NCBI GenBank assembly: GCA_013239625.1
Contig: MU054220.1
Span: forward strand, 2,851,374-2,915,373
Length of the DNA stretch: 64,000 bases
Source: Lama guanicoe
Taxonomy: Eukaryota
Direction: 5' to 3'
Positions 34,721 through 44,900 of the stretch are shown in pieces. Both the position numbers and the translations under genes were made by a program. A model generated the notes under the pieces. It had not been told where the DNA came from. It saw nothing but the letters and a program-made list of their open reading frames with translations, and searched no databases. Position 1 is the stretch's first letter; every line of letters starts with the position of its first letter.

Positions 34721-37049
34721 ACTTGACTGGCAGTGTCAAAGCCTGTGGCCTCTCCGTGCCCACCACACTCTCACCCTGGCCAGGCTCTGCACACAGTGCT
34801 GGTCGCCACCAGAGCTCCCCTAAAACCATCTCGACTTTGCCTCCTCCGGTGATGGAGCCACTGCAGCCTGCACCTTGTCACTGGGCTGAGAAGCCTCTGC
34901 TAGGACCAGGACCAAGGCTCCTCTAGCGACAGAAAGCTGGCATTTAACCTCACGGAGCATGGGAAGTTGCTTGCTGCGGGAGTGAATGCTGCTTCTCTCT
35001 CACCAGTCCCTGCTGACGACAAACAAGGTTGAACCGGGGCAGTGGATGACAGCTGCCCCTGTGACTTCTGGACAGATCCTCTGCCTGTGCCTTCCCCTGC
35101 AGGGCCTCGTTCCCTGCCAGCCACTCCATGGCAGAGCCTGGTGATGGTGGGCCCGGCTCAGTACAGAGCAGCACCTCAAGTCCTGAACCCCTGCTTAAGA
35201 GCAAAGGCTTTCCTCCTGCGGGAAAAGGAATGTCAGGCACCAGCCAGCACTGGGGCCAACGCTGGGGTGGTGGTAAGGTTGGCTGATGGGAGCCTGAGAG
35301 GCTTTGGGCAAGGCCGGGTGTGGGTTCAGGGAGTGTGAGCTGGGGTCTTCCCCACTCAGGCCAGGTCTGCCTGGAGCCATGCAAGCAGCTGGGGAGGGAA
35401 GAGGGGTTTGGACGGTACGGCCACTATCTATCTGGTCTTTCCCCTTCCTCAACCTCTGTCCCTTTGCCCTGTGAAAAGGCCACACACTCCTGCTAGTTTC
35501 TAGCCAGACGGGCGGCCCCTTAGGTTCTAAGAGGCCCCTGTGTTAGCCGTGTCTCACCTCCTCCCTTCCCTGGCTGCTTTCCCCTAAGTGCCTCTGAGAA
35601 GCCGCACCCAGGTCCTGGGCAGGGGGATGAAGGTACCAAGCCTTCAGGTGGTCACTGCTCAGGGCCCACAACCTGCTGTCTCCTCACAAGTGTTGCCCAG
35701 CACTTGTCGTGTGGCGAGCTCTGGGCCTTGTGCTGTGTGTTCAGAAGGGAGTCAGGCCCTGTTCCTTGCCCTTGCTCTCACGACTCGTGGAGGAGACAGA
35801 TGTGTGAACGCACTGGTGTGCCAGGTTGCTGCAGCAGGAGGAAGTGTGTACACAGGCAGACCTTAGGTGAGTGGGGGGTGGGGTGCCTGCCGCCTGGAGT
35901 AACGGGAGGACACACTGGTCAGGGAACCTTCCATTCAAGCAGGCTTTTTCAACTGGTATATCTTCATTCATTTTTGACAGGCAAACGGAATGGAGGCTGT
36001 GTGAGCAAAAACAGCACTCATGGTGTTGTGGTGGCGTGAAGCCACTGCTAGGGAGGAAGGGAGTCAGGGCAGGAGCCAAGGGGATGGCGTTGAAGGGGAA
36101 GGTCAGGGCCATATCCAACAGGCCATTGCATACCAGGCAAGAAACAGACCTGCCTCTAGGAGGCGGTGGGAAGGGGACCTGTTTCAAACCTCATCCTAGC
36201 AGCCTGGTGTATGGTGGCCTGTGGGCAGAGGTGGAGGGTGGGAGCAGGACGCTGTGACTGGGGCTGAATTAAGACAATGGCAGAGGGGATAGAGGTTTCA
36301 GGGTAACCCAGCCAGGCCTTGGGGACTGGTTGTGGATAGAGAAGAAGAGGATGGCATCTCGGAGGCAAGGAGAGTGAAGAGGAGGGTTTTGGAGTTCAGC
36401 AGAGCCAGAGCATCTGGAACTTGTGGTTCCCAGCAGGGGTGAACCTTCGTGGGGACAAGATGCTAAGGCAGGTTTGTGGGAGACAGCTGGGTTCAGGACA
36501 TAGAGAGATGGCTGGTGAGAAGTCAGGTTGTGGCTTCTGAAGTAAGCCAGGTCCATGAGGGGCTGGACAAGAGCCAGAGGGTCCCAAGGCCTTGCATCAG
36601 GCCTGTGAAAAGCCTGGTCCCCAGCCTACGGTAAAGCTGCACCGATTGATTCAACAATTATTTACTGAGTGCCCACCAGGCATCAGGTACTGGGGATCCT
36701 GTAGTCCCTGCCCTTGGGAAGCTTACATTCTAGGGGTTGGGCCCAGGCTTTGCCACCTAACTTGAAATCCCTCTGTCAGCCTCAGGGGTAGTGGCAGGGA
36801 CTGTGGAATCCCCAGGGCCAGGAGGGTCTAAGCTGCGGGGAGCAAAGAAAGTGGAGAAGGCTCTCAGAGTGGGCTCTGTGCGCTGGCACCTCTGAGTGGC
36901 TGGGGGCTGAGTGACCCGCTTAGGGCTCTTCAGCTGGCAGGACTCTCCTGGGACTACTGAGGTGAGGAGGGAGAGATGGGGTGTTGTGGGAGCGGGAGGA
37001 GAGGAGGCGGCTCTGGCTGGTGAGGAGTCAGTGCGTGTGGCCTCTGCTC

Positions 37050-37205
37050 AGGGCCTACTGTGTGCCAGTCCCTGGGCACGTTATGTACCTTACCTCACAG
37101 ATGAGGAAAGTGAGGCCCACAGAGATTAAGTGGCATGTCCGCCTAGCAAGAGGCAAGGTCAGGATTTGAACTGAGATCTGACTCCAAAGGCCTGTGCCCT
37201 TAACC
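37050..37205 (-). mobile_element. MIR SINE
   Basis: cacagatgaggaaagtgaggcccacagagattaagtggc...aggatttgaactgagatctgactccaaag. Confidence 0.7.
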
Positions 37206-37417
37206 AGTGACACAAGACATGGTTTGGCACCTGTTGGCCCACAGCCTCAGTAAAATCAAGCACACCTCAGCGTGGAGGTGGGGGCCTTGGGGGGAGCTGG
37301 TGCTGAGCGGAGCCACGGAACGCACGCCCTTTGTGAGGTGGCCCTGGGAGCTGCAGCAGGTTCCGTCCTTCTGCAGGGGGAAGGGCAGGCAGAAGCCGGG
37401 ATCAGGGACCCAAGTAG

Positions 37418-38071
37418 ATGGTTCTCGCCATGCTGGGGGCTCTGCACCCCAGGGTGGGGCTGAGCCTCTTCCTCCTCTACCTCATCCTGGTGGCTGCGCT
37501 CCTGAGCCTCCAGCCGCTGAGGTAACTCCTGGGGGCACAGGGTCAGGGCTCGACAGGACTGGGAGCCTGGGAGGTGGGGGTTTGCGGTGCTGCCCTTCCC
37601 TGGCGTCAGGTCTCTCCCAGTCCCCCACTCGGGGCTGATCCCCGCTTTGCGGCCAGGGCTGAGCACCCCAACATCTCCCACAGGCCTCAGCGATCTGTTC
37701 CCGAGGAATTTTCAGCCCCACTGGAACTCTCGCAGCCACTCTCCGGCCTGATAGATGGTAGTATCTCTCATCCCTCCCCTACCCCGTCCTCTCCCCTCGC
37801 TCCTCCCTGATGGGGGAGATGTGTTTTAGGAGCGGGCACCCAGGTCCAGCCTCAGGGTCTTCTCATCGCAAACAGCATCTATTCAGTGAAAACTTTAGTG
37901 GACTCAAAACAATTCTCCCTCCCACTCATGCCCTCTTCTCTCTCTTTAGACTACGGGGTTCGACCCAAGCACCCATGGCCGCGAGGGCCTCAACCCCTCC
38001 TCTCCCGGGCCCAGCAGCGCAAGCGGGACGGGCCAGAAATGGCTGAGTATTACTATGATGCACACCTCTGA
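37418..38071 (+). CDS. FREY1: Frey regulator of sperm-oocyte fusion 1 (C11orf94), 99 aa. Exons: 37418-37521, 37684-37757, 37950-38071(TGA)
   Basis: MVLAMLGALHPRVGLSLFLLYLILVAALLSLQPLRPQRSVPEEFSAPLELSQPLSGLIDDYGVRPKHPWPRGPQPLLSRAQQRKRDGPEMAEYYYDAHL*; hydrophobic N-terminus; syntenic position between PEX16 and MAPK8IP1. Confidence 0.93.
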
Positions 38072-38194
38072 TGGGAACTCCTTATAAAGCTATTCTGTGC
38101 AGCAAAAGCTTGGACTTTTCTGGGATGGAAACGAGCTGCATGGGGGGGGGGTCCAAGTAGATACACCCACTGCAGTCCCGACAGGAAATGGCAC

Positions 38195-38200
38195 TTTAAT
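38195..38200 (-). terminator. MAPK8IP1 poly(A) signal
   Basis: ATTAAA on the minus strand about 740 nt after the TAA. Confidence 0.65.
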
Positions 38201-38942
38201 AGTTATGGCCAGGGTGACAGGACCAAAATGAGGCTACAACAGAAGCAGCCAAGAGGCCCCAGCTAGCCTGGGCCGGGGTGGAAGCCTCCTTTTCCTGCCA
38301 GGGCGGGCCCTGCTGCGGCTCTCTCCTTCCCTGTGAGGCTCCATGCCTGCCATGGGGCCAGCATGCCAGTGAGGTGGGAGGTGGGAGCCATCCAGAGACC
38401 ACACAAGTGACAGAGCTGGGAACAGGGACTGCACCTCCATCTGCTGCCATTTTCTTACTGCTAAGTCCTCGGGAGGTGGCTGGGCTCAGCCTGAGCTCTG
38501 GGCCCTTGGGTTGGGGTTGGGCATTGGGGGCAGGGGGTGGGTGGGCACTCGCAGGTGGCACAGGCTTCGTCAGGGCAGGAGCCAATGCCCAGGGTCCCTG
38601 GCAGGGGAAGTGAGGCCCAAGATGAGACAGAACCCTCTGCCCCTAGGATGGGCACCCTTCCTGGCCAGAGGCTTGATACCTCCCCCAGCCCTGCTCCCTC
38701 CCAATCCCCGGGCAGCCCGCTCAGTCCTCCATAGATGAATCTAATCCCATATATTACAATAAACTGCATTTGCTTCTCCCCACAACCCCTGCCCTCCCCC
38801 ACCCTCAGCCAGCAGCCCCCCACATCCCCATCCTCTGGTGGTGGCGGGTACCCCTCCTCAAGCAGTGCCACATCCTGTCAGCAGCCAGCTGTCCTGGCAC
38901 TGGCCTGAGGGCCCGGGGGGTGCAGAGGGCAGAGCAGCGCCG

Positions 38943-41900
38943 TTACTCCAGGTAGATATCCTCTGTGGGGCAGGTGTACTCCACAAACTGCTTGTAGAAT
39001 TGCTGGAACGCTCTCCTAGGAGGCGGGCAGACACACAGGGATGACTGGGGAGGAACCGGGATCTCAACCCAGGGTTTTCAAACTGGAGCCTCGGGGCCCC
39101 TGGATGGGGCTCTGCTGCTCCCAGGGGGAGCTGCTCAGCTCTTTTCTCTGCACATGGTGTTTTCTGAGAGACTTCAGCTGAAGAAAGGGCCCAGCAGCTA
39201 AGAAGTTTGGACCTCACGACCACCCAAGCCCTCTCTCCAGGCCACGGCCCTGTGACCTGCAGCCAGTGCGCAGAGCTGTGAGGAGGACTGAGGGATGCTA
39301 CCGGGCATGAGGAGTGTGCTCCGGGCCTGAGCCTGGGGCTGGCTGCAGGGCTGGGCACTTGGCGGGACACACACATACCCCACGGATTCTGCCAGGACTT
39401 TGGTGGATTCTTCAGACACAAAGACGTGGCAGGCAAACCGGTGGTCAGCAGGGTGCTTGGTGATGAACCCAAAGTACCTGTGAGAAGACAGCAGTCAGCC
39501 TGGGTGGGACAGGACCCTTCCCACACACACGTATCCACGCCCGACCTTAAGTGGCCCCTTAACCCCACCCCACGTCTCGACCTCTTTTCTGTCTTGTTCT
39601 TACTTGTTGTTCTTTGGATGGTATCCGCAGAAAGAGATGTTTTTTAACTGGAAAAAGTGGCTACATTTATTCCCCTAGAGGAGGAGAAGAGAAGGGGGTG
39701 GTCATCAGCCTGCGGGGGCACAGGCTGGAGATGTGGAGGGAGAGCTGGGGGCCGGGCCGGACAGTCACCTTGGCCTCCTGGGAGTCGTCAGCCTTCACAC
39801 CTATCTTCACACCCCGCACGCTGATCTCTAGGACGCAGCTGGAGGGCGGGTTAAAGTGCACGGTGAGCCGGCGGGTGGTGGCAATCTGTGGGTAAGGGAC
39901 CAGAACGTCAGGCGCTAGAAGTCTCTCTCCCCACGAAGAGGAGGTGGGGCTGGGGTGGGCACCCACCCAAGTGGAGCAGGGAACAGGTACCTTTTGCATA
40001 GCGGCACAGAGGACGTCATTGCCCTTGTGATAGGGAACCTGGACTGAGCCCAGAAACTTCACGCGGAACTGGTCCACCCAGTCACTGTTTTTGGTCAGGG
40101 CTGGAAAGCAAGCACAGTGTGAGGAGCAGCAGACCCAGCAGAGGGCGCCACCACCCACAGATGTCCCAACTGGGCTGGGCCTCACTTTTCTCAGCTGTAA
40201 AATGGACCTGAAGTCACCTCTGCCTGGTTGAGATCTAGAGCACAGGTTCACCCAACAGCAAGCTGGGGCAGGTAGAGGTGGGGCCCAGTTGCACCAGGTG
40301 AGGGGAGGCACACTACCTGCCATATGTTCAGGCTCCTTGGTGACCTCGATGGCGTAGTAGGCAGGAAAGATGCCCCGGGCACCCGTGCGCATGTTGTAGG
40401 CCTCATACCAGTAGTCCTCAGCCTGCAACTCCACCAGCAGGGGGTCATCGACTTCCAGCTCAAGTTCATCTTCATGTCGAGGCACAAACCTGTCCCCAAC
40501 CAGGGAACGTGAGGAATTCACCACCTGGAGGGGCCTCTCCAGCCAGTCATCCACCCCTCACCTGCTCTGGGGTCAGGGAGCTGCATTGGCATCACTGGTT
40601 GAATAAACATTTGTAAAGCATTTCATGTGCCTGTCACAATGCTAGTTCCCGGGGGGAGACCAAGGTCAATCAGACATGCATCTGCCATCGAGTAACTCAT
40701 GGCTGAGGGAGCAAGTGACTAGGGCCACTGAGACACCATGAGAGGTCATGGGAAGCAAGTATTTCTGCATGGAAGGAAGTGAGGGGGTAGGTTTTGTGTG
40801 TGGTCAGGCATCTCTGTTGGGTGCCCTCTTGCCCCGGCCAGATTAGGTGCTCAGTCCTGGACTCTGGCAGCACCCAGCCACTGTGTCACCACACTCTGAG
40901 TTACTAGAGGGTGGACACAGGCCACCTGGAGCTAAGTAGTAGGGGTTGGGTTTAGGCCATGTGGGGAAGGCAGAGGCAGAGAGGGTGTGGCCCCAGCTGC
41001 CGCCTGGCCAGCCCAGCCCCGGGCTCTTACCTGAATATGGCCCGGTGGGTCTGCTCTTGCTCCTCCCCGTTGATGACACAGGAGAAGAGCCCGAAGGACT
41101 CTGCACCTGCAGGTGAGGGGCACGGGCTAGAGGAGGATGGCCCCTCTGGTCAAGGTTTGGGGGCAGTTAGACAGCACTCAGTCCTAACGCCCTGAACCAG
41201 ATGGCCCGAGGCCACCTTCCAGGAACACCCTCATGGTGGCTCTCCCCACCCAGGTCCCCCCACAGCTCCCCGCTGCTGACTCACTGGAGGAGCGAGAGCG
41301 GCCACTCATGAAGACGTTCAGGAACTTCTTAGAGAAGTGGACATCGGGTTCATCAGGCGTGGAGTCCTCGGAGAGGCAAGCAGGGGGCCGAGGCCGGGGG
41401 GCCTCCTCGTATTCCTCCCCAATGGCTGACTCATAGGGGGAGGAGGCAGAGGCGCAGTTGTCATAGACAGTGGCCGAGTCACTCTCGTCACTGTAGTCGC
41501 CGAAGCATGGCCGCAGGCTCACCAGCTCCAGCTGGGCGTGCTCATCCACCACCAGCGTATACTTGACCGAGTCGTAGGACAGGGCGCTGGTGTCCGAGCT
41601 CAGCGAGGCCCGTGGAGGTGGCGGTGGCTCGCCCAGGCTTCCCCGCCACCCTCCACCTGGGGGCTCAGCCCGCTCTGGGGATGACAAGCAGTCGAAGCCC
41701 TCGTCCTCCTCGCTGATGGAGGGGTGCGGCCGCCCTGCAGCTGAGGGGTAGGCGGCTGGGTCTGGATCAGAGCTGACTGACATCCGGCTCTCCGCTGGCG
41801 GCAGGAAGGCAGCGGTGGGCTCTGCAGGGTCTGGGGGTCTCTGCACTGGTGTCAGGTAGATCTCCTCGGTGGCCTCCAGCCGCACATCTGCCTGGTAGTG

Positions 41901-44900
41901 GATGCGGTCTCGATGCGAGTGGCCCCGGCCACCAGGCGGGGCAGCAGGGGGACCACTGGGAGGCGCCATCTGGGTGGCAGCACTTCGGCGGCACGGGCTG
42001 TCGGTGGAGGTGCCTCGATCCTTGGTGGGGGCAGGGCTGCTCTGGGGTGGCAGCTCATCGCTCAGGCAGATGTGTTCATGTGGCGGTGTCTGCTCCCCTG
42101 GAAAGCAGGCCGGTCACTGCTGAAGGCAGGTGCCCTCACCCCTGACTCCCAGGCTACCTGCTCCCTCCAATCAGAATGTGGACACAGAAACCAGATAAAG
42201 CCTCCCTGGCAATAGGCCCACGGCAGGCTCTGGGGCCAGGCCTCTCTCGGGCGCCACAGCTGACCTCAGGGGGGCCTGCTCAGGCCTGAGGGACAGGCAA
42301 TTCACCTCTACTCTGCAAGCCAGAGATTGTTGGGTTTGCCATCTGCAGTGGGGACTGAGTCAGGTCCAGGTGAGGGAAAGGGTCCCGACTTACCTGTCTT
42401 CAGGGGTGAGGATGATCGCGACACCCGATCCTGCCAACTGTGCTTCTTGCCCAGAGAGTTATTATTCAATGTGTCCTGTGCAGGGAACAAAAGGCCCTGT
42501 GACAGAAGCGGTCAACAGTGCCCGGCACAGGGAGGCCCTGGCCCTGCCCCCATCAGGCCATCCCTAAGCCATTTGCTGCTCCCCCCGCCCCCTACCATTT
42601 GCCAAGGTCCTCACCCCCAGCTCTCTGGAGCCGTCAGGAGGGGGTGACAAGTTACAGCCCTCCCAGCCAGGCCTACTGGCTTTAGACAGCCCATCCTGTC
42701 AGCTCAGGGAAGCTGGCCAACCCTCAGGGAGATGCTCTTATCAGCCTCAACAAAGGTGGTGACTGCCAGCTTGTGTGGTGGTGAGTGGGGGAGGGAGTGA
42801 GGGGAGGAACAAGAGACATCTAGGGACAGAGCCAGACCCCAGTCTCAGATATGGAGCGTTTATAGGGAAGATGCTCATTTCCAGCCCATGCGCCCTGGAG
42901 CTTAGGAAGCTATGGCCTAGGGAAGGGGCACGGACATTCTAGTAGAGCTGAAAAAAGCAGGATGAAGGGTCTCCCCAGCAGCTGGCCTCAGGGAATGGGG
43001 TGAATCATCCAAATAACAAATCCAGAACATGGTTCTCCCACCCACTAGGAGCACATGACTGAGAAATGACAGATGTTGTCAGAAGCCCTTCTTCCTGGAT
43101 ATCCAGGATGCCCACCCCACATTCTTAGTCTCCTGGGACCCCTCTCCACAGTGTCTACATACAAGGCTCTCTACACACAACTTAGGTCACCCTCCCCTGG
43201 CAACACCCTCACAGGCTCTCACATTCATGAGTTTGGCTGCCAAAATCTACCCCGGGTGATCCCGGGAAAGGGATCAATCCTTTCCCTGCAGCCCCTGCAC
43301 CCTTCACCAACAGCCCCACCTCCCTGAGCTGCTCCTCTGTACTTCTTCAGACTGGGCCTGGAAGACAAAGGGCCACAGCCGGCTCTCCCTGACCCTATTC
43401 AACCCTCCTTGGCATCCAGCCACCCAGCCAGGGGCCCTAGGCCCCCAACTCAGCCAAGTAGCTCCGCCTCCCATTTCTCTTGCCTGCCTTCTGGGAATTC
43501 CCAGCTGCCCACATTTCAAATTGGCTTCAGCTCCCCATCCCCAACTCTTCACAATATCCCATGACTCTCCCCACCCAACCACTTTAGATGCCCTTTTCTG
43601 CAGGCCCTGCTTGTGCTCCACCTTCACCAGGAACCCCATACACTAAAGGGGAAACTCTGACACAGCCAGAGGTTCCAAGTCCTAAACTCTTGAAAGCCTT
43701 CAAAGTCCTGTTCTCTTAATCCCCCACTTCTCCTTTTACCCAGATGCGTCCACCGTCCCTCTCAGCTCCTTCACTACTTCAACCTCTCCAGTCAAGGCTC
43801 CAAACCCAGCCAGCCTGACTTGGGCCCTCTCATTTAGGACAGATCCTACCTGCCCTCCACGACCACCTCCCCAGGGACCTCCACTTTAGGAAGCCCTGGA
43901 AGGTCTTACCAGGCGGGGGATTTCTCCCCGCTCTGGACGGGCATGTCCCTCTCTCGAAGCCCCTTCCGCTCCCCGTCCCTACCGCGCCCCTGCCCGCAAC
44001 ACCCCTTGGGCCCTGCCCCAGGGCGCCGCCCCCTCAGCCCCGCCTCCAAGCCACTGGAGCCTCACCTGAGACCGCGGCACCTGCGGGAAGAGGTTGAGCG
44101 TGGTAGGCCTCTTGGGCCGGTAAGTGTCCCCGCCGCCCGGGCCCTGGCCCTGGCCCTGGCCCTGGCCGCGGGGCACCGTCTCCTGGCGGAGCTCGGCCTC
44201 GGGCGGCCCCGGTGCCGGCCGCCGCGCCGCGCGTTCCTCCTCGTCTTCCTCTTCGTCGTCCTCGGCTCCAGGAGTGTCCCCCGCCGCGTCGATCAGGTCC
44301 ATCTGCAGCATCTCGGCCTGCAGCCTGCTCCCCCCGCCGCCGCTGCCGCCGCCGCCGCCCCCAGACAGCAGCCCGGCGCGTGGGGGCTGCGCGGCGCGGA
44401 CGGAGGGGTGTCAGGGGGCGGGGCTGGGGCGGGGCCGAGTCCGCCACGCACCGCCCCCTGCGTGGGTGAGTCCATTCCACGGCCTCAAAGAGGGGGGGGG
44501 TGCGGTGGAGAGGAAGCGGTGCAAGAGCCCAACAAGAGGGGGCCGCGCCCTCCTCCGCCACCGCGAGGGTGCGTGAAGCCGTCTCCTCCCCACGTCAGTC
44601 GGTGTGTTTCACAGTCCACACCATCCCTCCCCAAGGTCCCCTCCTTCCCGATTCTTTGCACCCTCCCGTTCCCTTGGCAACGGCAGTGACCTCACCCGGG
44701 TAGTAAGCCGAGCCCAGAGTGAGGTCACCACTGTTGCCATGGGGATGCAGGGTAGCCAAGGAGTTCTGGGCCCCATAGGGGATGGGGGCATAGTTAGTAT
44801 CTGAAGGGGGCGAAGTGAGGAAAACTGAAGAAGCAGCCTCAACCAGGCAAGAAATAACAGGAGGGCCGCAGTGCGGACAGGAGGACCTGAGCGTAGCCGG

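Noticed and set aside
37758..37763. Weak FREY1 intron-2 donor GTAGTA as a sign of pseudogenisation
   Set aside because: The GT is intact, phases match and the ORF is complete, so there is no evidence of inactivation.
43943..44689. 248-aa plus-strand ORF and other long ORFs over the exon-3 CpG island
   Set aside because: Antisense or alternative-frame shadows caused by stop-codon scarcity at very high GC.
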